Shown piece after piece: positions 1 through 8,255 of a stretch of 64,000 bases of DNA. Below the pieces are notes generated by a model. It was not told the origin of the DNA and made no database searches. It saw nothing but the letters and a program-made list of their open reading frames with translations. Location of the stretch: positions 24,748-88,747 of the forward strand of contig JBGCCY010000129.1 in NCBI GenBank assembly GCA_045104975.1, written 5' to 3'. Numbering within the stretch: position 1 is the stretch's first letter; each line of letters begins with the position of its first letter. The position numbers and the translations under genes were made by a program. This stretch comes from Saprospiraceae bacterium. Lineage in GTDB: Bacteria > Bacteroidota > Bacteroidia > Chitinophagales > Saprospiraceae.

Positions 1-360
1 AAAAATCGTAATCGGATGTTTATAGAATTCTTTCCCAATGTTTTTTAAATTTTTGATAAAATACAACAGGTAAATGAGCATCAATCCAATGATCAAAAGC
101 TCTGGCGGGAAGTCTGTTCCAAGACCTCCAGGCAATGTCATCTCTATCGAAAATGGAATAAAAAATAAGGTGAGAAAAAATAATTTTTTAAAATCTACAA
201 CCGCTACAAATCCAATCAAAACCAACACCGGCAAACCTGCCAAAAAATAATAATCAGTTGCCGCTCCAATAAACAATGACAACAAAATAACTACTCCAAA
301 AATTGCAAATAATTTTTGAGAAACAGTTTCCGTCGATATGCCTAGCAGCTTTGCAAACAC
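1..360 (-). CDS. Partial CDS (N-terminal part, continues beyond window start): polytopic membrane protein, possibly O-antigen ligase/polymerase-like
   Basis: Not in the ORF track because it runs off the window. The minus-strand frame is open from GTG at 360 (in-frame TAA at 366-364 just upstream) to base 1. The translation VFAKLLGISTETVSQKLFAIFGVVILLSLFIGAATDYYFL... is strongly hydrophobic. It lies next to a Wzz-like gene. Confidence 0.35.
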   Translation of the reverse strand, partial: MFAKLLGISTETVSQKLFAIFGVVILLSLFIGAATDYYFLAGLPVLVLIGFVAVVDFKKLFFLTLFFIPFSIEMTLPGGLGTDFPPELLIIGLMLIYLLYFIKNLKNIGKEFYKHPITIF

Positions 361-422
361 CTTTTAATGGTTAGTTGTGAATGGTTTTAATGGTGAATAA
401 TTAACTATTCACCATTAATCTT

Positions 423-1523
423 TTACTGTTGTTCAGATAGTTTTTTCCAATCTACATCTTTATAATTTTCCAAAATCAAAACGCCAATCAAGCTTAAAAT
501 AAATGCAAGAATGATTGCGCTGATGACGATTAAGGAACGGAATGGTCGAGATTTGACCACAGGCACATCTCCATTTTCGACAACCATTAATGTAGGAATA
601 TAAGAATCGTGAATAGCTTTTAATTGTTTGAATCGCTCACGGTCGATACTCAATTGTTCCCTCGCTTCTTGATGCTCATCTTCCAATTCATTGACCAAAG
701 ACATTCCACTATTGAAAAGAGCTAAGTTTTGTTCGAGGCTTTCCACTTCCTTTTCAAAACCTTTTAATTGTGCTTTTAGATAAATGGCTGAATCTCGTGC
801 AGCACCTCTTCCTGTTCTGAATACTTCCAATTTGGCTTGCGTCCCGATTAATTGAGCACGTTGTTTAGCAACCATTTGAGCTAGTAATTCACCTTGAGTT
901 TCGGTATTAAAAACTTGGTATTTTTTTCTTACTTTCGAAAGACTATCACCTAAAATATAAAGCGCTTGTTGTTTTTCATCCATCGTCGACTTGAGAGAAT
1001 TCATTCGTTTCATATGACCATCTTTGATCAATGCTTGCGCCATTTCGTTAGTTCTAATTCGAGCTGCATTAGTAATTGCAGCGGCGATCAAACTATCTTT
1101 ATCTTCAACTGAAATTTCAATAGCTTCATATTTTGTTTTTTCCACATTGTAAAGTTTGCGGAATTTCTTTCGAACTTTATCTTTCGATTTTCGATTAGTT
1201 CGATCAATGTCATAATGATCGTAGAGTTTAAATTTATTAATCAGATAACTAACAATTTCATTTGATTGTGCAATCGTCAATAACCGATCATTGTCCGTAT
1301 CCTCTCCATAAATATCTCGATCTCTTTCAATTTCACCAACTGCCTCAGGTTTCCCCAAGTCAGGACTCGCTGCATAAAAAGTAGTCGTAGATTGATAATA
1401 ATTAGGAAGGAAAAGTGCAATGATTGCAGTTCCAATTCCTGCAATCAAACAAATTCTGAAGATAGGTTTCCGCCATCGCAAAAGAGTAGAAATGACGCCT
1501 AGTAGGTTCTCGTTATTTTCCAT
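423..1523 (-). CDS. Polysaccharide co-polymerase / chain-length determinant (Wzz/GumC-like)
   Basis: 366 aa. An N-terminal TM (IFRICLIAGIGTAIIALFL) and a C-terminal TM (LIVISAIILAFILSLIGVLIL) bracket a long charged coiled-coil segment, which is the typical PCP topology. Confidence 0.7.
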   Translation of the reverse strand: MENNENLLGVISTLLRWRKPIFRICLIAGIGTAIIALFLPNYYQSTTTFYAASPDLGKPEAVGEIERDRDIYGEDTDNDRLLTIAQSNEIVSYLINKFKLYDHYDIDRTNRKSKDKVRKKFRKLYNVEKTKYEAIEISVEDKDSLIAAAITNAARIRTNEMAQALIKDGHMKRMNSLKSTMDEKQQALYILGDSLSKVRKKYQVFNTETQGELLAQMVAKQRAQLIGTQAKLEVFRTGRGAARDSAIYLKAQLKGFEKEVESLEQNLALFNSGMSLVNELEDEHQEAREQLSIDRERFKQLKAIHDSYIPTLMVVENGDVPVVKSRPFRSLIVISAIILAFILSLIGVLILENYKDVDWKKLSEQQ

Positions 1524-1550
1524 GTAAAGTTGTGATTATTCCGCAAAAGT

Positions 1551-1711
1551 AAGTAAAAGAGTAGAATTAAATGTAAAATTTTGACAAGGGGATTTTTGTT
1601 CTAGATTTTCTTAAAAAATCTTTGCACCCTTTTTGGGTAGAAAGATTTTTTAGGGAAAAATAGAGCAAAAATAAACTATCAAAAATTACATTTAGTTCTA
1701 CTCTTTTACTT
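1551..1711. repeat. 161-bp imperfect palindrome (foldback, MITE-like)
   Basis: The 26-nt ends aagtaaaagagtagaattaaatgtaa (1551-1576) and ttacatttagttctactcttttactt (1686-1711) are reverse complements with 1 mismatch. Imperfect pairing continues to the centre near 1631. Confidence 0.7.
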
Positions 1712-1865
1712 TCCTCTTTCAGAGGAAATATTTACTTTTTTTTGTTTTGATAAAAATTGAAGGGCTTTGGGACCTAAAATTTATTCTTTTCGTTTTATAA
1801 AAAACGGTAAAATATCAAGCAAAATATTTTAATTAAAATTTTAACCTTCGGTAAATTCTAGAAGT

Positions 1866-1910
1866 GGGACTCTCCTGAGTCCCGTTTCGTTACAGGACTC
1901 AGAGAGTCCC
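1866..1910. repeat. GGACTCTCTGAGTCC-type palindromic element (copy 1)
   Basis: Sequence gggactctcctgagtccc ... ggactcagagagtccc. The arms pair with 1 indel and the loop is about 12 nt. Confidence 0.65.
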
Positions 1911-1916
1911 GATACT

Positions 1917-1963
1917 AAAAAAAAAGCTGCTACAAATTTTAAAATCTGTAGCAGCTTTTTTTT
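1917..1963. terminator. Bidirectional intrinsic terminator
   Basis: A-run, then stem agctgctaca / tgtagcagct (1925-1934 / 1947-1956), then T-run. Lies just downstream of the stop of 1977..2465 (-). Confidence 0.7.
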
Positions 1964-1976
1964 ATAAAAACGAAAT

Positions 1977-2465
1977 TTAAGCTTCTGTTCCTCCTTCCTC
2001 TTCTTCATGAATTGGAGTCAACATTGGCAAATCAATCAATTCTGCTTCCGCTTTATTTATACTTCCAAATCCCCAGAAACCACCTGAAGCCTTAGCAACA
2101 TGCTTTGCAAAAGTGGTAAAGCTATGATACATTTCAGCTCCTAAATGATTAGTTAATTTCGCCAAAATCGGATTTAATTTTTCTAACCTAGCTGAAAGTT
2201 CTGCATTCCGTTCTGCAGTATCTTTTGGGACTATCTTTGCCCAACGAGCTAATCTTTCATGATAATCCTTTCCTACATGATCATAAAAATCTTGCATAAT
2301 CTCGCCGCCTGAGAAACTTCGAATTCTAGTGATTTTTTCTGATTGTTCCAATTCTGCATCATCGATATCACCGTCAGCTCCTGCAATTAATAAGGTAATT
2401 ACTGGAATTGCGTCATATAACTCTTGTAATTCGTCTTCTGGTAAATTATTTAATTGGTGTAACAT
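1977..2465 (-). CDS. Hypothetical protein (TerB-like acidic helical motif)
   Basis: The ORF track entry 1977..2534 is trimmed to the ATG at 2465 (MLHQLNNL...). The motif LLIAGADGDIDDAELEQ resembles TerB-type domains. No firm family assignment. Confidence 0.6.
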   Translation of the reverse strand: MLHQLNNLPEDELQELYDAIPVITLLIAGADGDIDDAELEQSEKITRIRSFSGGEIMQDFYDHVGKDYHERLARWAKIVPKDTAERNAELSARLEKLNPILAKLTNHLGAEMYHSFTTFAKHVAKASGGFWGFGSINKAEAELIDLPMLTPIHEEEEGGTEA

Positions 2466-2669
2466 TTTATAATGGTATATTTTATTAAAAATAAATGCTG
2501 ATTTTAGAACGCAAATATAAGTAATAGACTCCAATTAAAGACAAATTTTTGGTGGACTATTTTTCCTTGGAAGTTTCAAATTCAATTAGAAGAATCATTC
2601 TTCTAATTGAATTTTTAGGTTGATAAATAGTAAATTCGATTTTTTATACATCTATACTAAAAATAAATT

Positions 2670-3899
2670 ATGAGCGATAAACGAGAATTCGATATCATAT
2701 TTTGGGGAGCAAGTGGTTTTACTGGCAGATTAGTAGCTGAATATATGTTGAAAAAATATGGTGCAAATGGTACTGTAAAATGGGCAATGGGGGGACGAAA
2801 TGCTGTAAAATTAGAAGGCATTCAAAAGGATTTGGGCGCGGAAGAAATTCCACTAGTCATTGCTGATAGCAAAAAAAAGGATACACTCGAACGAATGGTG
2901 CAACGAACTAAAGTCATCTGTACAACCGTCGGGCCGTATGCTCAATATGGTTCATCGCTGGTCGAAGCATGTGTCAAATATCAAACTGATTATTGCGACC
3001 TCACAGGCGAAGTTCAATGGATGCGGAAAATGATTGATCAACATCAAGATGCAGCTCAAGCCAATGGCACTCGAATTGTGCACACTTGTGGATTTGATTC
3101 TATTCCGTCAGATATGGGAGTTTATTTTTTGCAAAAAAAATCCAAAGAAATGACGGGCGAATACTGCCAAGAAATCAAACTTCGAGTGAAAGCCATGAAA
3201 GGTGAAATGAGTGGAGGTACTTACGCAAGTTTGAGTAATGTACTCGTCGAAGCCGAAAAAGATAAATCAATTTATTCGACATTATTTAATCCGTATGGAT
3301 TGAACCCAAAGGGAAAACAAAAAGGGAAAGATGGAGCAGATTTGAAAAGTGTAAAATATGATAAAGACTCAAAATCGTGGATTGCTCCTTTTATTATGTC
3401 TACGATCAATACTAGAGTCGTGCGACGAAGTCATGCATTGCAAGATTTTCCCTACGGAAAAGATTTTCAATATGATGAAGCGATGATGACTGGTCCCGGA
3501 ATTTCTGGGCGAGCAAAAGGAACAATGCTACTCATGGGGACAGGTTTGATGATGACTGCGAAGCCTGATTCTTTTTTGAGAAATACGATGAATCGATTTT
3601 TACCAAAACCAGGAGAAGGACCATCGAAAGAAAAACGAGAAACTGGTTTTTACAAAATGTTACTCTTTGGAAAATTAGCTAATGGAACGGTGATACAAGG
3701 AAGTGTGAAAGGTGATAGAGATCCTGGTTATGGTTCGACGAGCAAAATGTTGGCAGAAAGTGCGGTGTGTTTGGCTTTGGACAAAAACAAAACGCCAAAA
3801 GTGGCAGGGGTGTTGACGCCTTCAGTTGCACTTGGAGATGCATTGTTGGAACGGTTGGAATCGAATGCTGGATTGCAATTTAAAATTTATCGTTCTTAG
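2670..3899 (+). CDS. Saccharopine dehydrogenase-like NAD(P)-binding oxidoreductase
   Basis: N-terminal Rossmann motif IIFWGASGFTGRLVAEY. The length and layout are typical of the saccharopine dehydrogenase-like family. Confidence 0.75.
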   Translation: MSDKREFDIIFWGASGFTGRLVAEYMLKKYGANGTVKWAMGGRNAVKLEGIQKDLGAEEIPLVIADSKKKDTLERMVQRTKVICTTVGPYAQYGSSLVEACVKYQTDYCDLTGEVQWMRKMIDQHQDAAQANGTRIVHTCGFDSIPSDMGVYFLQKKSKEMTGEYCQEIKLRVKAMKGEMSGGTYASLSNVLVEAEKDKSIYSTLFNPYGLNPKGKQKGKDGADLKSVKYDKDSKSWIAPFIMSTINTRVVRRSHALQDFPYGKDFQYDEAMMTGPGISGRAKGTMLLMGTGLMMTAKPDSFLRNTMNRFLPKPGEGPSKEKRETGFYKMLLFGKLANGTVIQGSVKGDRDPGYGSTSKMLAESAVCLALDKNKTPKVAGVLTPSVALGDALLERLESNAGLQFKIYRS

Positions 3900-3901
3900 A
3901 A

Positions 3902-4005
3902 AATTCTCGTGGTTAAGTTAAAATGGAAATCAAAAACGACCAGCGGAACTGTTGATTTTAATTTTAGCTTGACTTAAGATCACGAGAATTGTCTAAGCAC
4001 TAAAT
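3902..4005 (+). repeat. About 100-nt hairpin repeat element, copy A (homologous to 54729..54830)
   Basis: Outer 10-bp stem aattctcgtg / cacgagaatt (3902-3911 / 3981-3990). Inner stem of about 19 bp, aagttaaaatggaaatcaa / ttgattttaattttagctt. The 59-nt core matches copy B at 53 positions by my count. Confidence 0.7.
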
Positions 4006-4068
4006 TTATCAAAAATAGTTAGGATGTATGGACCAACTTCAGTCCTGACTCCTTAAAAAAAGAAAAAT

Positions 4069-4551
4069 ATGAGAGAGAAAGATTACTTCCAAGATCACAT
4101 GCCTGGCAACGTTTGCTTTGGCTGCGGAAGAAGCAACCATCAAGGATTGAAAATAAGTAGTTATTGGGAAGGGGAGGAATCCGTTTGTGTTTGGGAGTCA
4201 CAAGAAAAATATCAAGGGTGGAAAGGAATTTTGAATGGAGGAATTTTGGCAACTTTGATTGATTGCCATACGATGTGTACTGCAATGGCTGCGACTTATC
4301 AAGCTGAAAATCGCTCAATGGAAAGTGAACCAATTTATCGATATGCGACTGGAACTATTTCAGTAAAATATTTAAAACCAACTTCCAATACTAAACCGAT
4401 AGAACTACGTGCAAAGGTCACAGAAATCAAAGGTAGAAAAGTAGTGATGTCCTGCATTGCAAAATCGGATGGTACAATTACTGCCGAGGCGGAAGTGATT
4501 GCGATTCGTGTTTTTGATAGCAGCAAGGATGAGGAAAGTGTTTTTGGATAG
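4069..4551 (+). CDS. PaaI-type hotdog-fold thioesterase
   Basis: N-terminal Cys pair (CFGCG) followed by a hotdog core (GILNGGILATLIDCH... RAKVTEIKGRKVVM). Confidence 0.7.
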   Translation: MREKDYFQDHMPGNVCFGCGRSNHQGLKISSYWEGEESVCVWESQEKYQGWKGILNGGILATLIDCHTMCTAMAATYQAENRSMESEPIYRYATGTISVKYLKPTSNTKPIELRAKVTEIKGRKVVMSCIAKSDGTITAEAEVIAIRVFDSSKDEESVFG

Positions 4552-4714
4552 AAGTGAGGAATAACCAAGTATTGGATATTTAAATTTCTTTAAAAAAATC
4601 CAACTCCCGATGGAAATATCTGGAGAGGATTTTATTGAATTTTGGAGTTGTTTTATTACGAAGTTGTATTAAAATGTTTGTTTAATCTTGTGAGATTGGA
4701 TATTTATAAATAGC

Positions 4715-4760
4715 AAAAAGAAAAGCCTTGTAAAATATTAATTTACAAGGCTTAAAAAAA
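4715..4760 (-). terminator. Intrinsic terminator for 4773..5372
   Basis: Stem aagccttgtaaa / tttacaaggctt (4723-4734 / 4742-4753), followed by a T-rich run on the minus strand. Confidence 0.7.
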
Positions 4761-4772
4761 GTATATTTTATT

Positions 4773-5372
4773 TTATCCTTTTGTAGCATCTATTTCCATG
4801 ACCGTATTTTCCATTTCGCTGACTTCCATTTTTGGCTGAGGAAAATAATCCGTAGTATTTTCTTCGATGACTTTTTTCAAATTTGCCATGATTTCCAAAT
4901 CTGATTTTTGCATAGCTGATTTCATGATCGGCATTAATGATTTCATCAACATCCCTTTCCCCTTTGCGGTAGCATTTGACTGCATTATTGTTTTTCCATT
5001 TTTGGTAGAGAAATACATATCCAAAGTACTACTAACTATCGCTGCCTCAAATGCGAAACCCATATGTTCATTCTCTTTTCTAGCTGTAATGGTTTCAGTC
5101 ATTTCCATAACCTCCGACCCTTCGGGAGCCATGACAATTTTGGTAACTGCTCCAACTTCTCCAGCTGTTCCACTAATCAATTCTGAACTCTCGAGACCCG
5201 TCAGCCAAAGATGAGTTTTAGACTCATCATTCATCACAGCCCAAGCTTCTTTTACAGGTTTATTAATTTCGAGTTCGCTGCCATAATTGATTGATGGTTT
5301 GAAAACACCAATTAAAATAAAACCAACAAAGAGTATAGCAATTAATACGAGTAGATACTTTAAGGTTTTCAT
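4773..5372 (-). CDS. SRPBCC-like ligand-binding domain protein with signal anchor
   Basis: N-terminal TM followed by a domain of about 170 aa (INKPVKEAWAVMNDESKTHLW...) resembling the polyketide-cyclase/SRPBCC fold. Assigned by eye only. Confidence 0.6.
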   Translation of the reverse strand: MKTLKYLLVLIAILFVGFILIGVFKPSINYGSELEINKPVKEAWAVMNDESKTHLWLTGLESSELISGTAGEVGAVTKIVMAPEGSEVMEMTETITARKENEHMGFAFEAAIVSSTLDMYFSTKNGKTIMQSNATAKGKGMLMKSLMPIMKSAMQKSDLEIMANLKKVIEENTTDYFPQPKMEVSEMENTVMEIDATKG

Positions 5373-5461
5373 ATTATTTCGTTTTGATTATTGGATGATA
5401 AAATATCGAATCAAATATGAAACAAAAAGTTTATAAAATTAAAAAATACAATCAAAAAGTT

Positions 5462-5836
5462 TTAAAAAAGAGATTTGTCAACATACCAATATGCCCAAGC
5501 AAGCAGGACTAATTGCAAAGGAAGCCGCAACCAAAGAAACCATGATTTGATTTTCATACCTGCTCCTTTTGAAGTCAACATATAAACATTGGCGGGGAAA
5601 ACAGCAATCAATAATAAGATGATTCCAATAGCCGCTGCCGATCGAGTTTGAGGAATAAGTAAACCAATTCCACCTGCGATTTCAGCTACCCCAACAATGG
5701 TATTAATTGGTTTTTTCCAAGGTTGTAAAAAAGGAGGGGTGATTTTATGAAAAAACCATGCTTTTTTGAAATGTGAGTATCCAGCATAGATGTAAAAAAA
5801 TGCCATTGGAAAAAGTAATATTTCTTTGATTGTCAT
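5462..5836 (-). CDS. DoxX-like small integral membrane protein
   Basis: 124 aa with four hydrophobic helices. Shows the YAGYSHF ... GVAEIAGGIGLLIP ... FPANVYM pattern. Confidence 0.6.
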   Translation of the reverse strand: MTIKEILLFPMAFFYIYAGYSHFKKAWFFHKITPPFLQPWKKPINTIVGVAEIAGGIGLLIPQTRSAAAIGIILLLIAVFPANVYMLTSKGAGMKIKSWFLWLRLPLQLVLLAWAYWYVDKSLF

Positions 5837-6050
5837 AAGTTGATTTTTTTGAAAAATAAGACCATAAATGATTTTCTAAAAATGAAAAGTAGAGAAGTAT
5901 CTTTAAAAAACCCTTAAATTGAGTTAACTTTTTCAAAAAAAAAAAATAAAAATAAAACTTACCTCAAACCAGTTTTATAATCAGGAAGTTGCTTGTTTAA
6001 ATTAACAATCCATTTTTTAATAACTTCCATAAAAACAAATAACATTTTCG

Positions 6051-7433
6051 ATGAAAAAAATATACTTATTTTTTCTTTTGTTGGTGAGTTCAACTTTTCT
6101 TTTGGCGCAAGATGATGAGGCAGATAAAAATCTTGTTTATGATGATGCGGTCTATGTAGATTATATCAAGACAGTTAATCTTCATTCTCCAGGATTAGTG
6201 ATGGGGAGTCCGATTATTCAATTGGGAAGTGGAGCATTGACATTATCATTTGATGATTTGAAAGGAGAAGCGGTAGATTATATCTACTCTGTGGTGCATT
6301 GCAATGCAGATTGGACGCCTTCTAATCTGACGGAGTTAGAATTCATGGATGGATTTAATGAAGAGCGAATAGAATATGTTGAATTTTCCATTAATACTTT
6401 GGTTAACTATACTCACTACCGATTGGATTTTCCAAATGAAAATATCCGATTTACGAAGTCAGGAAATTACTTATTGAAAGTATATGATAATGAAGATGAT
6501 AAATTTTTGGTTTTGACGAGACGATTTATGGTAGTCGAACCAAGGTTCACGATTTCAAGTGGTCTAGCATTTAACTCTTCTATTGTAAAAAAAGCAAGAA
6601 CTCACCAAGAGATTGATTTTGTTATTCGGCACAAAGGATTTACAATCAACAACCCCAGGAAAGAAGTTAAGGTAGTTGTAATGCAAAATGGGAGATGGGA
6701 TAATGCGATTACCGATATTCCTCCTCAGTATATTAGAAAAGAACAATTGACGTATGAATTTTTGGATAAAATAGTTTTCCCCGCAGGGAAAGAGTTCAGA
6801 TTCTTGGACATTAGGTCATTACAATATGATGGTGGTGGCGTAAGAGGAATAGAAGAATATCAAGATGGGTATGATGTAACCTTGTTAATGGATCAAGTAC
6901 GTAGTGATGAATTATATCATAATCGAATAGATATCAATGGTGGATTTGTCATTGGGAATCTTGAAAATTCTCAAGGGAGTAATGTTTCATTTTTTGATGG
7001 AGAATCATCGGAGGATCGTGCTGCAAAATTAGAATTCGTTCGCCAAGAATTAATGGGAAATAGAGAGTCTGATAATATCAGAAGTGATTATGCGAATGTA
7101 TTATTTTCGATAAAAAGTAATGAGCCATTTTATGATAAGGATGTCTATCTTTTTGGTGCGATGACTGATTGGCAGATAAAAGAAGAATTCAAAATGACTC
7201 ATCAACCTGCGGTGAATGCTTATGTAGCAGACGTTCTTTTAAAGCAAGGTTTTTATAATTATGCCTATGCAACTGTCGCTAAGAGAGGAGATAAAACGCC
7301 AAATTTGGGTGAGTTAGAAGGGAACTGGTATGAAACAGAAAATCAATATTCGATCTTAGTCTATTATCGTCAATTTGGAGGAAGGTATGATCGACTAATG
7401 GGAACACTTAATATCAATTCCATCAGGCGATAA
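6051..7433 (+). CDS. DUF5103-like protein (T9SS SprA-translocon plug protein family)
   Basis: Signal peptide. The pattern IKTVNLHSPG...LTLSFDDLKGEAVDYIYSVVHCNADWTPSNL...SGNYLLKVYDNED is one I recall from DUF5103. Confidence 0.6.
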   Translation: MKKIYLFFLLLVSSTFLLAQDDEADKNLVYDDAVYVDYIKTVNLHSPGLVMGSPIIQLGSGALTLSFDDLKGEAVDYIYSVVHCNADWTPSNLTELEFMDGFNEERIEYVEFSINTLVNYTHYRLDFPNENIRFTKSGNYLLKVYDNEDDKFLVLTRRFMVVEPRFTISSGLAFNSSIVKKARTHQEIDFVIRHKGFTINNPRKEVKVVVMQNGRWDNAITDIPPQYIRKEQLTYEFLDKIVFPAGKEFRFLDIRSLQYDGGGVRGIEEYQDGYDVTLLMDQVRSDELYHNRIDINGGFVIGNLENSQGSNVSFFDGESSEDRAAKLEFVRQELMGNRESDNIRSDYANVLFSIKSNEPFYDKDVYLFGAMTDWQIKEEFKMTHQPAVNAYVADVLLKQGFYNYAYATVAKRGDKTPNLGELEGNWYETENQYSILVYYRQFGGRYDRLMGTLNINSIRR

Positions 7434-7478
7434 AATTTTATGACTCAACATTGTAGGTACCTTCTCTAAATCAAATTT

Positions 7479-7514
7479 CATACATCACATAATTATGTTG
7501 AAAGATTTCATACA
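7479..7514 (-). pseudogene. Relic duplicate of the 3' end of the gamma-CA-family gene
   Basis: Positions 7479-7496 plus 7497-7509 match 7656-7673 plus 7695-7707 at 29 of 31 positions, with a 21-nt (7-codon) gap. The minus-strand reading EIFQHNYVMYEI-stop compares with the gene's ETFQHYIGRIADNYVMYAS. Confidence 0.5.
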
Positions 7515-7522
7515 TCCAAAAA

Positions 7523-7559
7523 AATTGGGGAACTATTTGTAAAAAATAATTCCCCAATT
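7523..7559. terminator. Hairpin at convergent junction
   Basis: 10-bp stem aattggggaa / ttccccaatt flanked by an A-run and a T-run. Confidence 0.55.
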
Positions 7560-7646
7560 TTCATTTGAGCTACAATCATTAAATCAATGAAAGTAACTAT
7601 ACAATTGAAAGGAAACCCAAAACTCCCCTTTAGGGGTCGGGGGTAA
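7545..7646 (-). repeat. Terminator-linked repeat family, copy C
   Basis: Shares ttaaatcaatgaaagta (17/17) and aaacccaaaactcccctt (18/18), plus flanks, with 10927..11027. The minus-strand reading is T(T/A)ACCCCC.ACCCCT.AAGGGGAGTTTTGGGTTT. Confidence 0.7.
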
Positions 7647-8151
7647 ACCAACTCGCATACATCACATAGTTATCCGCGATCCTTCCGATATAATGTTGAA
7701 AGGTTTCGGGAGTCAATGCTTTCACTTTTTTAGCAGGAACACCTGCGTAAATAAATCCAGATTCCAAATGCGCTTTTTCCAAAACGACAGCACCTGCTGC
7801 AATCAAAACATTAGATTCTACTACCGCATCATCCATGACAATTGCGCCCATTCCGATTAAAACATTATCGGCAACTTGGCAACCATGCACAATCGCATTG
7901 TGTCCAACGGAAACATTATTTCCCAAAATCGTTTTCGTTTTTTGATAGGTGCAATGAATCACCGCGCCATCTTGAATGTTTACTTTGTTGCCAATCACGA
8001 TGCTATTGACATCTCCTCGGAGAACTGCATTAAACCAAATGCTGCAATCGTCACCTGTGATTACATCGCCAACAATCGTTGCATTTTCTGCGATAAAACA
8101 ATTTTTACCAAAAGTGGGAGAGATTCCTTTTACTGGTTTTATTAAAGCCAT
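7630..8151 (-). CDS. Gamma-carbonic-anhydrase-family / hexapeptide-repeat protein (YrdA/PaaY-like)
   Basis: Left-handed beta-helix hexapeptide repeats (IGNKVNIQDGAVIH, VGHNAIVHG, IGMGAIVMD). The last 6 codons (FTPDP-stop) lie inside repeat 7545..7646. Confidence 0.85.
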   Translation of the reverse strand: MALIKPVKGISPTFGKNCFIAENATIVGDVITGDDCSIWFNAVLRGDVNSIVIGNKVNIQDGAVIHCTYQKTKTILGNNVSVGHNAIVHGCQVADNVLIGMGAIVMDDAVVESNVLIAAGAVVLEKAHLESGFIYAGVPAKKVKALTPETFQHYIGRIADNYVMYASWFTPDP

Positions 8152-8255
8152 AATTTGAATTTATAATTAATTTTATTTTTATGAAGTTGCTTTTTCTAAA
8201 AAGACCTAAATTAGATTATATTTTATAAAACAAGAATTTAAAGTTGGAAAAAATA

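Noticed and set aside
7587-7646. 19-aa mini-ORF (MKVTIQLKGNPKLPFRGRG) within repeat copy C.
   Set aside because: The homologous position in copy D hits a stop after three codons (atg aaa gta taa), so the reading frame is not conserved.
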